DNA from: Halarcobacter sp.
Lineage (GTDB): Bacteria > Campylobacterota > Campylobacteria > Campylobacterales > Arcobacteraceae
Reading direction: 5' to 3'
Assembly (NCBI GenBank): GCA_048571215.1
Contig: CP182352.1
Coordinates: 1,152,001-1,216,000 of the forward strand
Length of the DNA: 64,000 nucleotides
The position numbers and the translations under genes are program-made. Shown here in pieces: positions 10,701-19,521 of the stretch; positions within the stretch are counted from its first letter, which is position 1, and each line of letters begins with the position of its first letter. The notes beneath the pieces were generated by a model. It had not been told where the DNA came from. It saw only the letters and a program-made list of their open reading frames with translations, and did not search any database.

Positions 10701-10954
10701 CAAATGATTCCATTGAATTAAAAATCACAGATACAGCTGGTGGAATAAATGAAAAGATAATAAATAGAGTACTTGAACCTTATTTTACTACAAAACATGA
10801 ATCATTAGGAACAGGTCTTGGTCTAGCAATGGTTGATAAAATTGTTAGAGAAAGACATAATGGAAAAATAGAGATTTTTAATGAGGAGTTTGAGTATAAT
10901 AGCAAAACTTATAAGGGGGTTTCTTTTTCTTTAATATTTAAAGCTAAAAGCTGA
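7724..10954 (+). CDS. CheB methylesterase-CheR methyltransferase-PAS-histidine kinase fusion protein
   Basis: GIGASAGG/QHL/GTGTDG (CheB); VTSFFRD, CATGEEAYS, ISCRNLLIYF (CheR); EELQSTN coiled coil; HQWRQPL, DTAGGI, GTGLGL (kinase). Confidence 0.9.
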   Translation: MNYKELYIVGIGASAGGFEALQKFLSKIQMDDNISYVITQHLDAKRPTLLGELLSKFSGFQISAIKDGQNIEGNHIYYCPENKNLEIKDGKFLFSNIENKHFPKPSINNFFESLAQEKKEKAIGIILSGTGTDGTEGIVAIANAGGITLTEDEGAKYYSMPKSSIDSGKVIASLPPEMLADGILNIIKDRKYFEKHFEIEDHIEKIFNILKEETSIDFSSYKHATVERRIKKRIIEKKADGVDEYIKILLSDDEEVSKLKDELLIVVTSFFRDEEAFLELKIHLTELIRKKLDNHIRIWITACATGEEAYSMAILISEIFEELNITKKVTIFATDISDKVITESRNRIFRIEELDGVPPALLNKYFENTNKQYKIVKKIRDMIVFSKHDIIKDPPFLNLDMISCRNLLIYFNTELQKRILSIFYYSLRYESILFLGKSETIGTLTSLFSIVDNKSKIYKKLNDLTKIDIETLAYDKRNSTFVKNKYQNNQNQNLMDIEFTINKAISERYIQNGIVVDNNYNILFYKGNCKEFLQHPQGVHTNDLFRLIVDFLRLDVRATINESKKSNIFVSSKKIRVLPISEPKEYVIINVYPLEKNKLGENTYFVSFDKITDIESSINNDSFDPIDLNDSDLGVLEDELLTLKERLQITIEELETSNEELQSTNEELQSTNEELQSTNEELETSNEELQSTNEELQAVNDELNSSNLKLDFANNAFNNVLSNLGAYVVILDNSLNIIKYTEGIVKFFDLSKNKDNNFSTALLNSNIELPNLLENIKDCLRLGTETAYEIEYENRNYYFSIKRINLSMLHDKDNNKAIILSFIDKTEYIEQDRLIFQQAKLVSMGEMISNISHQWRQPLSMITTVASGLKLKSELENIDIDFITENMDIILSQAKYLSETIDNFRNFIKEKREFSNTTITKVIDETLNLVEASLKNNFISIVIDAKKDIEIDASTNELVEALINLINNSKDALIENVKDDSDRFIFITTNLISNDSIELKITDTAGGINEKIINRVLEPYFTTKHESLGTGLGLAMVDKIVRERHNGKIEIFNEEFEYNSKTYKGVSFSLIFKAKS
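9677..9823 (+). repeat. Seven imperfect 21-bp coding repeats (EEL[QE][ST][ST]N heptads)
   Basis: EELETSN-EELQSTN x3-EELETSN-EELQSTN-EELQAVN. Confidence 0.85.
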
Positions 10955-11150
10955 TTTTCTAAAATATTAGAATAAAAAATTAAATAAAATAATAATTACT
11001 ATCTAAAAGTATAATATTAAATAATATTTAATATAAAATAAATATTCTATAAAATAGGAAGTTTATATACAATATTTATATACTTTAAGAAATTAATAAT
11101 TAAAATAGTACTAGAAAAGTATCATTTTTATTGCAATAATAATTTTTTAG

Positions 11151-11159
11151 TGCTATAAT
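11151..11159 (+). promoter_or_regulatory. Extended -10 promoter element upstream of the riboswitch
   Basis: TGCTATAAT (TGnTATAAT) about 20 nt before the aptamer core. Confidence 0.55.
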
Positions 11160-11169
11160 TATCTTGTAG

Positions 11170-11250
11170 AAATACATTTTGCCAAACCTAAAGCGATTTA
11201 GGGACGGAAAGCCACGAGTCTCACGAAGATAGTCGGGTTGCCAAGACAAT
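11170..11250 (+). ncRNA. c-di-GMP-I (GEMM) riboswitch aptamer
   Basis: GCCAAACC-TAAA-GCGA-TTTA-GG-GACGGAAAGCC...GTCT..AAGATAG..GGTTGCC matches the GEMM consensus: GNRA-capped P2, GACGGAAA junction, receptor in P3. Confidence 0.88.
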
Positions 11251-11313
11251 TATTATGTTTTGACTACATTGATCTTCATGGGCTTCTTAATTTTATAAAT
11301 AAAAGGAGAAGTC

Positions 11314-11547
11314 ATGTTTAGAATAACTTCAAAAATTAAGTTTTTAGGGAATACCTTTTTTATTTGGTCAATTCCATTTACAATATTTATATTAAATATT
11401 ATCAATCAAAGAGAAGTATTAAATATAAACTTATTGTTAGGGATAGTATTGGGTATATTTATAAATATCATATGGAAAATGATGTTTTTATTTTTAGAGA
11501 GCAATAAAATAAAAATGCACCATAGAAAATTTTATAAAATGATTTGA
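11314..11547 (+). CDS. Small two-TM membrane protein of unknown function, downstream of the riboswitch
   Basis: AAGGAG RBS, two hydrophobic stretches, followed by a terminator. Confidence 0.65.
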   Translation: MFRITSKIKFLGNTFFIWSIPFTIFILNIINQREVLNINLLLGIVLGIFINIIWKMMFLFLESNKIKMHHRKFYKMI

Positions 11548-11552
11548 TTTTT

Positions 11553-11588
11553 AAAGGTAGGTTTATTGCAAATTGAGCCTACTTTTTT
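11553..11588 (+). terminator. Rho-independent terminator
   Basis: AAGGTAGGTTTA / TGAGCCTACTTT stem followed by a T-run. Confidence 0.65.
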
Positions 11589-11677
11589 CTATATCCTTAA
11601 TTTCTATAATTAGTTGATACAAAATAAATTTTGTTTAGATTTAAAGAGTAAAATATTTTTATCTAAAAGGATAAATT

Positions 11678-11881
11678 ATGAATGTATCAGTTATAAACTC
11701 AAAAGACCAAGCTATACTTTCAGAGCATTTAGGCAATGATGCTAAAATTGTGAATATAGAGTATAGAGAAAATTTACACCTTGTAGAAATATTCTCCAAT
11801 GGGAATATATACAGAGCTTTTGGTACTAATAATAAAAAAGCTTTAGGTCATGCCATAAAGGCATATGTTAGATTTAATTAA
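11678..11881 (+). CDS. Small hypothetical protein
   Basis: 67-aa ORF with AAGGA RBS; no recognised motif. Confidence 0.6.
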   Translation: MNVSVINSKDQAILSEHLGNDAKIVNIEYRENLHLVEIFSNGNIYRAFGTNNKKALGHAIKAYVRFN

Positions 11882-12178
11882 TAAAACTATTTTTTTAAAT
11901 ACTGTTTAACTATATGCTTAACTAGAGAAACATTACTTTTATCTTTGCTATTTACTAGTATTGAAATTTTGTCTAATATTGTAGGTTCTAATGTTTTTGT
12001 TTCCATTTACTTTCCATTTTATTTAGATAAGGTTGTAGATGCAAAAATAGTTCCATAGATAAGCTTGTTTTGATTTTGTTATGAAATTTAAAATAGGGGA
12101 GTTTAAAATAAAGTAATCCCAGGGGGACTTAATCAAAATTTGATTTCATTACCAACTTGACGATTTCAAGTTTTTAAA

Positions 12179-12255
12179 TGGTGTCAAGAGAGAGACTTGA
12201 ACTCTCGACCTCCGGCTTATGAGACCAGCGCTCTAGCCAGCTGAGCTACCTTGAC
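12179..12255 (-). tRNA. tRNA-Met(CAT), elongator type (Ile2 not excluded)
   Basis: GTCAAGGTAGCTCAGCTGG...CTCATAA...GTTCAAGT...CTTGACACCA cloverleaf. Confidence 0.9.
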
Positions 12256-12277
12256 ATTTTGAGATCATAATTTTGAT

Positions 12278-12354
<77 letters not shown>

Positions 12355-12372
12355 TCTTGAAATCTTAAAAAG

Positions 12373-12447
12373 TGGATGGGGTAGCAGGATTCGAACCTGC
12401 GAATGACGGCACCAAAAGCCGTTGCCTTACCGCTTGGCGATACCCCA
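12373..12447 (-). tRNA. tRNA-Gln(TTG)
   Basis: TGGGGTATCGCCAAGCGGTAAGGC-AACGGC-TTTTGGT-GCCGT...GTTCGAATCC...TACCCCATCCA. Confidence 0.95.
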
Positions 12448-12464
12448 ACTTTTTAAGTGCCGAA

Positions 12465-12493
12465 ATTATAGTAAAAAATCCAAAAGTTGTCAA
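12465..12493 (-). promoter_or_regulatory. Consensus sigma70 promoter of the tRNA operon
   Basis: Minus strand TTGACA-17 bp-TATAAT. Confidence 0.8.
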
Positions 12494-12562
12494 GGGTTTT
12501 TAGAATAAATTTTGAAAGTTTTGATATAATAAAATAAATATAATATAGAGAAAAGTGATACA

Positions 12563-13594
12563 ATGAATGCAATAGAAAGAGTAAAAAAAGCGATAGAAGA
12601 GATACAAAAAGGTAATATGGTTATTATGTTAGATGATGAGGATAGAGAAAATGAAGGTGATTTAGTCTATTCAGCAGCTTTAAGCACACCACAAAAAGTT
12701 AATTTTATGGCAACACATGCTAAAGGGTTGATTTGTGTATCTGTTACTAGTAAAACTGCACATAGATTGGGTTTAAACCCTATGGTTTCTTCAAATACTT
12801 CATCTTATGAGACTGCCTTTACTGTTTCAGTTGATGCCACTAGTGCTGCGACGGGGATTAGTGCAGGGGAAAGAGATGATACAATTAAAATCTTAGCAAA
12901 TCCTATCTCAAATGAGCAAGAATTAGTAAAACCAGGACATATCTTTCCTTTGATAGCAAAAGATGGGGGAGTTTTAGTTAGAACGGGTCATACAGAGGGT
13001 TCTGTTGATTTATGTAAACTTGCTGGTCTAAATGGGGAAGCTGTTATTTGTGAAATTATGAAAGAAGATGGAACAATGGCAAGGCGAGATGATTTAGATA
13101 TATTTGCTCAAAAACATAATTTAAAACAAATATATATATCTGATTTGGTAGAATATAGGTTATCTCATGAAAATCTTGTTGATGAAATAGATGCTGCAGA
13201 AACAACATTTTTTAATACCCCTACAATTAAAAGAGAGTTTAAAGATCATTTAGGACATATTCATACTATAATTCAATTTGGAGAGCTAAAAGAGATTACC
13301 CATGTTAAATTCCATACAATCATTCCTGATTTAAACCTATTTTTAAATGATGAAAAACTTCACTCTATGCTTAAAACAATAAATTTTTTACAAGCAAAAG
13401 GTGGAGTATTGATTTTCTTAAGTGATGATATGTCTCATAAAGAATCTAAAAAAGATTATGGAATTGGTGCACAAATTTTAAATTGTCTAGATATTAAAAA
13501 AATAAAACTAATGACAAGTGGAGGAAAACACTCTTTTGTTGGTTTAAATGGTTTTGGTTTAGAAATAGTAGAAGAGATACAAATAGAGTGCTGA
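12563..13594 (+). CDS. ribB: 3,4-dihydroxy-2-butanone-4-phosphate synthase with degenerate GTP cyclohydrolase II-like C-domain
   Basis: DDEDRENEGD, TGISA, PGHIFPL, RTGHTEGSVDL, CEI; the C-domain keeps YGIGAQIL but lacks the Cys zinc ligands. Confidence 0.92.
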   Translation: MNAIERVKKAIEEIQKGNMVIMLDDEDRENEGDLVYSAALSTPQKVNFMATHAKGLICVSVTSKTAHRLGLNPMVSSNTSSYETAFTVSVDATSAATGISAGERDDTIKILANPISNEQELVKPGHIFPLIAKDGGVLVRTGHTEGSVDLCKLAGLNGEAVICEIMKEDGTMARRDDLDIFAQKHNLKQIYISDLVEYRLSHENLVDEIDAAETTFFNTPTIKREFKDHLGHIHTIIQFGELKEITHVKFHTIIPDLNLFLNDEKLHSMLKTINFLQAKGGVLIFLSDDMSHKESKKDYGIGAQILNCLDIKKIKLMTSGGKHSFVGLNGFGLEIVEEIQIEC

Positions 13595-13611
13595 TATAAA
13601 GTAGGGTAGTG

Positions 13612-14106
13612 TTAAACTATCCCTACAGCTTTTTTAACTAAATCTATAGATTTTTCTAGTTTTTGTATATATTCATTTACAATTTGTTCATTTTGTTTGT
13701 AATATTTTGATTCTTTAATAGTTTCAATTTTTTCTTCAAGCCTATATATAGCTGCATTTCTCATCTCAGTATCTTCAATACTTAAATATTTTGTTGGGTC
13801 TTGATTTATAAGCCTTTTAAGTCTATATTCAAATAGATATTTATTGTCACTATCTTCATCAAAATATTTACACAAAGCCTCATATATCTCATCATTTGAT
13901 GACATAAATTGATTATAAATTACATTTGCATAATCATTTAGATATTTATCATAGTTATTATAATCTATAAAAAACTCTTTTAATTTATCTTCATTTATAG
14001 AATCTTCTTTTATATTATAAACTTTTTCAAGCATATGTATGGCGCTAAAGTGTACTATTTTAGACTCTCTTTTCTCTAAATTTGTTAAAAATTGTGATAA
14101 TTTCAT
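13612..14106 (-). CDS. Hypothetical protein
   Basis: 164-aa ORF with AAGG RBS. Confidence 0.7.
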   Translation of the reverse strand: MKLSQFLTNLEKRESKIVHFSAIHMLEKVYNIKEDSINEDKLKEFFIDYNNYDKYLNDYANVIYNQFMSSNDEIYEALCKYFDEDSDNKYLFEYRLKRLINQDPTKYLSIEDTEMRNAAIYRLEEKIETIKESKYYKQNEQIVNEYIQKLEKSIDLVKKAVGIV

Positions 14107-14123
14107 TTATACCTTTCTAAAAT

Positions 14124-14159
14124 AAAAAAAGGAGTGAAATTAAATTCCACTCCTTTTTT
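14124..14159. terminator. Rho-independent terminator after pckA (symmetric A/T tails)
   Basis: AAAAAAAGGAGTG...CACTCCTTTTTT. Confidence 0.8.
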
Positions 14160-14184
14160 GTAAACTTAAATTAAATAAAATTTA

Positions 14185-15762
14185 TTATAATTTTGGACCT
14201 GCTGCTGTGAAATCATAGTCACTTTCCAAAGTAAGATACTTTTTGAAATTATCTATGTACATTCCTGCAAGTTTTATAGCAGTCTCATCATAAGACTCTT
14301 TATCTTCCCACGTATTTCTAGGGTTTAATACTTCCGTATCAACACCTTTTAATGTTTTTGGAATTTGTAAATTAAATATAGGCAATGTTTCAAATCTTGA
14401 TTCATTTATAGAACCATCTAAAATACCATTGATACAAGCCCTTGTATTTTTAATACTCATTCTTGAACCAATTCCATATGGACCACCAGTCCATCCAGTA
14501 TTTACTAGATATACATTTACATTGTGTTCGTCAATTTTTTCCCCTAATAGTTCTGCATAAACTGTAGGGTTTAGTGGTAAAAATGCTTCACCAAAGCATG
14601 AACTAAAGGTTGCAACTGGTTCAGTGATACCCCTTTCAGTTCCTGCAACTTTTGCAGTATAACCACTTAAAAAGTAATACATCGCTTGTCTTTTATCAAG
14701 TTTTGATACAGGAGGTAAAACACCAAAGGCATCAGCACATAAAAAGATAATATTTTTTGGATGACCACCTCTCATACTTGGAGTATGATTAGGGATATGA
14801 TCAATTGGGTAAGAAACTCTTGTATTCTCAGTTTTCGAATTATCATCATAATCAACAACACCATTCTCATCAGCTACAACATTTTCTAAAATTGCACCTT
14901 TTTTAATAGCATTGAAGATATCTGGTTCTGAGTTAGCATCTAAGTTGATAACTTTTGCGTAACATCCACCTTCAAAGTTGAAAATCCCTTTATCATCCCA
15001 ACCATGTTCATCATCACCAATTAAAGCTCTATTTGGATCTGTAGATAGTGTAGTTTTTCCTGTTCCTGATAGTCCAAAGAATAGTGCAGTATCACCATCT
15101 TTTCCTATATTAGCAGAGCAGTGCATAGATAATTTACCCTCTATTGGAAGCCAGTAGTTCATCATAGAAAAAACACCTTTTTTCATCTCACCAGCATACC
15201 AAGTACCACCAATAAGTGCTAAGTTGTCTTCCACATTAAACACTACATAAACTTCTGAATGTAATCCATGACTAGCATATGCCATATCTACAGTTTTACA
15301 AGCATTATAGATTGTAAATTCAGGTTCAAAATTTTCTAAATCTTCTTCAGGTGGAACAATAAACATATTTTTAATAAAGTGTGCCTGCCAAGCAATCTCA
15401 GTAATAAATCTAACTGATTTTCTACTATCTAAAGATGATCCACAGTATACATCTGTAACATATAAATCTTTATTACTTAACTGTTTTTTTGAAGTTACAA
15501 ATAAATCTTCAAAAACTTGTTTAGATACTTTTCTGTTTATATCTCCCCATGCAATGAACTTATTTGATGGATCTTGATTTACAAAAAATTTATCCTTTGG
15601 ACTTCTTCCTGTAAATATTCCAGTATCAATCATTAATGCACCAGTAGAAGAGACTTTTGCCCCTTCATTTTTAACTGCATGATCTATTAATGTATCTACA
15701 TCAAGATTTCTATATACTGTACCTACGTTTTGTAAACCTAGTTCGTCTTTAATTTCAGACAT
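14185..15762 (-). CDS. pckA: Phosphoenolpyruvate carboxykinase (ATP)
   Basis: [43 protein letters not shown]. Confidence 0.97.
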   Translation of the reverse strand: MSEIKDELGLQNVGTVYRNLDVDTLIDHAVKNEGAKVSSTGALMIDTGIFTGRSPKDKFFVNQDPSNKFIAWGDINRKVSKQVFEDLFVTSKKQLSNKDLYVTDVYCGSSLDSRKSVRFITEIAWQAHFIKNMFIVPPEEDLENFEPEFTIYNACKTVDMAYASHGLHSEVYVVFNVEDNLALIGGTWYAGEMKKGVFSMMNYWLPIEGKLSMHCSANIGKDGDTALFFGLSGTGKTTLSTDPNRALIGDDEHGWDDKGIFNFEGGCYAKVINLDANSEPDIFNAIKKGAILENVVADENGVVDYDDNSKTENTRVSYPIDHIPNHTPSMRGGHPKNIIFLCADAFGVLPPVSKLDKRQAMYYFLSGYTAKVAGTERGITEPVATFSSCFGEAFLPLNPTVYAELLGEKIDEHNVNVYLVNTGWTGGPYGIGSRMSIKNTRACINGILDGSINESRFETLPIFNLQIPKTLKGVDTEVLNPRNTWEDKESYDETAIKLAGMYIDNFKKYLTLESDYDFTAAGPKL

Positions 15763-15782
15763 TTCTTTCCCTATATTGCAAA

Positions 15783-17111
15783 TTATTTAAAAATTGATAA
15801 AAGTACACCAGCAGCAACGGCAGAACCGATAACTCCAGCAACATTTGGACCCATCGCATGCATTAATAATACATTTGATTTATCATACTCTTGTCCAACT
15901 TTACTAACAACTCTTGCTGCCATTGGAACAGCTGATACTCCAGCTGCACCAATAAGTGGATTAACTTTACTCTCTTCTGAAGAGAATTTATTCATAAGTT
16001 TTGCCATAAGTACACCAGCTGCAGTACCTGCAGAAAATGCAATTAAACCAATAACCATGATTCCTAAACTCTCTAATACTAAAAACTTATCAGCTGCCAA
16101 TTTAGAACCAACTCCTAATCCTAGGAAAATTGTTACTACATTGATCAATGAATTTTGCATTGTATCAGAAAGTCTCTCAACAACTCCTGATTGTTTTAAG
16201 AAATTTCCAAATGCAAATGCTCCAATAAGTGGTGTAGACTCTGGTAAGAACATTACTGCTAAAAATAAAATTAAGATTGGTAAGAAAAGATTTTCAAGTT
16301 TATGAACTTTTCTTAGTTTTGGCATTTTAATTTTTCTCTCTGCTTCTGTTGTTAAAGCTTTCATAATTGGAGGTTGAATTACTGGTACTAGTGCCATATA
16401 AGAGTATGCCGCAACAGCAATTGCTCCTAGCATTTCAGGTGCTAATCTATTTGCAATAAAAATAGATGTGGGACCATCTGCTCCACCAATAATAGATATA
16501 GCAGATGCACTTTGTAAATCAAAGCCAATAGCAACAGCTCCAACAAGTGAACCAAAAATTCCAAATTGTGCTGCACCACCTAAGATTGCTGATTTAGGAT
16601 TTGCTAAAAGTGGAGAGAAGTCGGTCATAGCTCCCACCCCCATAAATATTAGAAGTGGAAAAAATTCATTTGCAATCCCCATATTGTAAATAATACCAAG
16701 CATACCATGAGGTCCACCCATATTTGCTAGAGGGATATTTGCCAATAAACCTCCAAATGCAATTGGGAGTAGTAGTAATGGTTCAAAGCCTTTAGCAATA
16801 GCAAGATAAAATAGTATTAATACTATACCAAACATAATTATTCTTCCCCAGCTTTGTTCAAAATGACTCATTGGTCTTGAATGTTCTGGGTTTGGTTCTG
16901 CTGTCATTACATCATCACTTGGATTTATTATGGCATTTATACCAGTGGTTTCATAAAACGAAACCATTAGTTGTGAAATTGATTTTGGTTTATACTCATG
17001 TTTAACTTCAGTTGTTGCCTCTGTTGATTCATGTGCATCATTAGCAAATAAATTTGTACTAAAAAATGCAAAAAATAGAATCAATATAGAGGCTATAATT
17101 TTTTTGTTCAT
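15783..17111 (-). CDS. oadB: Na+-translocating decarboxylase beta subunit
   Basis: [48 protein letters not shown]. Confidence 0.93.
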   Translation of the reverse strand: MNKKIIASILILFFAFFSTNLFANDAHESTEATTEVKHEYKPKSISQLMVSFYETTGINAIINPSDDVMTAEPNPEHSRPMSHFEQSWGRIIMFGIVLILFYLAIAKGFEPLLLLPIAFGGLLANIPLANMGGPHGMLGIIYNMGIANEFFPLLIFMGVGAMTDFSPLLANPKSAILGGAAQFGIFGSLVGAVAIGFDLQSASAISIIGGADGPTSIFIANRLAPEMLGAIAVAAYSYMALVPVIQPPIMKALTTEAERKIKMPKLRKVHKLENLFLPILILFLAVMFLPESTPLIGAFAFGNFLKQSGVVERLSDTMQNSLINVVTIFLGLGVGSKLAADKFLVLESLGIMVIGLIAFSAGTAAGVLMAKLMNKFSSEESKVNPLIGAAGVSAVPMAARVVSKVGQEYDKSNVLLMHAMGPNVAGVIGSAVAAGVLLSIFK

Positions 17112-17134
17112 TAAATTACTCCAAATTTTTTAGA

Positions 17135-18952
17135 TTAGCTAATTGTAGCTATTGCTTGACCCTCTTCAACAGCATCACTAGGATTTGCTAGTATTGCTGA
17201 AATAGTACCACTACATGGAGCCTCTACATCAATTTCCATTTTCATTGCTTCTAAAATAGCAATAACTTGACCCTCTTCAACTTTATCACCAACTTTTACA
17301 AGTACTTTCCAAATATTTCCACTAACTGTTGCACCAACTTCTGCTCCACCTGTAGATGCTGATGGTGTTGGGCTTGCAGGTGCTGTATTATCAGCTACTG
17401 GTGTTACTTGAATATCAGCATTTCCCTCTGCTACTGTTACATTAAATTTTTGACCATCTACAACTACTGTGTAGTTTCCTGTTGCGTTACTCATAACTTT
17501 ATCTTCTCCTATTACACATTCTTTATCGTTTTCACAAGCTTTATCTTCTACTTTTCTAACATTTAAAGGGCTTTCACCTTTTAAGAAAGAAATACCTTTT
17601 TCATCACAAGCAGCAGCTATAAAAATATTTTCTTCAGTTGCTTCAATATTCTCTTCTTTTAATCTATTTTCCCAATAAACAAAAGTCTTTTTCTCATCTC
17701 TATCAGCAATATCAAGAGGATTTTCTTTTGTTGGTTCTAATTTTAGTTTTTCAGAAGCTAGTTTTACAATCTCTGCATCTGGTTCAACTGGTGTTTTACC
17801 AAAATAACCAAGTACCATTTTTCCATAACCTGGAGCTATTTGTTTCCATGGACCAAACATTACATTTGCATAAGCTTGTTGCCAATAAAATTGTGAAACA
17901 GGAGTTACAGAAGTTCCATAACCACCTCTTTCAACAACTTCTCTCATAGCTTTTATAACTTCTGGAAATTTATCTAATGTACCATTATCTCTCATCATTT
18001 GAGTATTAGCTGTTAAAGCTCCACCTGGCATAGGTGAAAAAGGTATCAATGGTGAAACCTGTGTTGCTTCAGGTGGCATAAAATAGTCTTTTAATTGGTC
18101 ATTTAATACCTCTTGATATTTTAAGATTTTTTCAATCTCTAATCCACCTAAGTCATAATTCATACCTTTAACTGCATGCATCATAGTTAGGATATCAGGT
18201 TGTGATGTACCACCTGATACTGGTGAAGCTGCTAGGTCAATACCATCTGCTCCTGCATCTAATGCTGCTAAATAACAAGCAATAGAAACACCAGCAGTTT
18301 CATGGGTATGAAGTCTTATATGAGTATCATTACCAACTAATTTTCTCGCCATTTTAATAGTATCAAATACTTTTTGTGGTGAAGAAGTTCCTGAAGCATC
18401 TTTAAAGGCAATAGAATCAAATGGAAGTCCACTATCTAAAATATTTCTTAATGTTTTTTCATAAAAAGGAACATCATGTGCACCTTCACAACCTGGAGGT
18501 AAATCCATTAAAGTTACAACAACTTCATGGTTTAATCCATATTTTTTAATACATTCAGCAGAATATTCTAAATTTTGAACATCATTTAGTGCATCAAAGT
18601 TTCTAATTGTAGAAACTCCGTGTTTAGCAAACATCTTTGCATGCATCTCTACAAGTTCTCTTGAACCTGTATCAAGCATAACAGTATTGATACCTCTAGC
18701 TAAAGTTTGTAGATTAGCATCTGGTCCAACAATCTCTCTAAACTTATCCATCATCTCAAAAGCATTTTCTTGTAGATAGAAGAATAGTGATTGAAATCTT
18801 GCTCCTCCACCAAACTCAAAATGTGTGATACCAGCATCTTTCGCAGCTTCTACAGCTGGAAAGAAATCTTCCATTAAAACTCTACCTCCAAAGACAGATT
18901 GAAATCCATCTCTAAATGTAGTATCCATGACGTCAATATATTTTTTAGCCAT
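17135..18952 (-). CDS. oadA: Oxaloacetate decarboxylase alpha / pyruvate carboxylase B-type subunit with biotinyl domain
   Basis: DTTFRDGFQS, HTHET, PGG, VTPVSQF, EAMKME biotin motif; flanked by the beta and gamma subunits. Confidence 0.88.
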   Translation of the reverse strand: MAKKYIDVMDTTFRDGFQSVFGGRVLMEDFFPAVEAAKDAGITHFEFGGGARFQSLFFYLQENAFEMMDKFREIVGPDANLQTLARGINTVMLDTGSRELVEMHAKMFAKHGVSTIRNFDALNDVQNLEYSAECIKKYGLNHEVVVTLMDLPPGCEGAHDVPFYEKTLRNILDSGLPFDSIAFKDASGTSSPQKVFDTIKMARKLVGNDTHIRLHTHETAGVSIACYLAALDAGADGIDLAASPVSGGTSQPDILTMMHAVKGMNYDLGGLEIEKILKYQEVLNDQLKDYFMPPEATQVSPLIPFSPMPGGALTANTQMMRDNGTLDKFPEVIKAMREVVERGGYGTSVTPVSQFYWQQAYANVMFGPWKQIAPGYGKMVLGYFGKTPVEPDAEIVKLASEKLKLEPTKENPLDIADRDEKKTFVYWENRLKEENIEATEENIFIAAACDEKGISFLKGESPLNVRKVEDKACENDKECVIGEDKVMSNATGNYTVVVDGQKFNVTVAEGNADIQVTPVADNTAPASPTPSASTGGAEVGATVSGNIWKVLVKVGDKVEEGQVIAILEAMKMEIDVEAPCSGTISAILANPSDAVEEGQAIATIS

Positions 18953-18957
18953 TAAAA

Positions 18958-19200
18958 TTAACCTTTTAGATTTTTGTGATGTTGAACTGCCGCGATAATT
19001 GCAGCTATTTTTGTGTTGTTTGAAGTTGAAGTAGGTGCAGTGGGTTTTTTAGGTATAGGTGTTTCCTTTATTGGAAAATACTTACCTATAATCTTGGCTT
19101 GCAGTTTTAATGCATAAACCATGACTATTAAGAATGAAAATACAATTCCCATTCCCATGACCATAAACTTTGCTGCTTCAACAATTAAGTTTGTTTCCAT
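18958..19200 (-). CDS. oadG: Decarboxylase gamma subunit (OadG family)
   Basis: GMGIVFSFL TM segment, Pro-rich linker, IAAIIAAVQHH. GGAG RBS favours the start at 19200. Confidence 0.88.
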   Translation of the reverse strand: METNLIVEAAKFMVMGMGIVFSFLIVMVYALKLQAKIIGKYFPIKETPIPKKPTAPTSTSNNTKIAAIIAAVQHHKNLKG

Positions 19201-19474
19201 ATTACTCCCTGTGGTAACCATCTGTGTAATTTGTGATACAATTTTATATAAAGTTTGCTTTAGTAAAATTTATTTTTATGTCAAATTTGTGTAAATTTTG
19301 GAATTTGGCTAAATTATGTATAATTATAATATTTTAGTCCCAAATTGTAACAAAAAGTCATCAACTTTTAAAAATAATCTAGTGATATTATTTCTTGCTT
19401 TTACTATTTTTTGTGCCATTTTTTAACCTTTATTTAATAAATATTTCAAATTCTATAAAAAAAATTAAAAATAC

Positions 19475-19503
19475 TTGAAAAATATTGCAATTTGTAATAT
19501 AAT
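19475..19503 (+). promoter_or_regulatory. Sigma70 promoter containing a palindromic putative operator
   Basis: TTGAAA-17 bp-TATAAT with ATATTGCAA-T-TTGTAATAT at 19482-19500. Confidence 0.6.
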
Positions 19504-19521
19504 TTTGAAAAAGGAGTCAAA

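Noticed and set aside
11843..12006. Small minus-strand ORF (METKTLEPTILDK...)
   Set aside because: About 54 codons, weak RBS, overlaps the convergent ORF; no evidence that it is coding.
12112..12134. AGTAATCCCAGGGGGACTTAATC as a degenerate tRNA 3' end / att site
   Set aside because: No CCA, a broken T-loop and no match to the adjacent tRNAs; too short to support.
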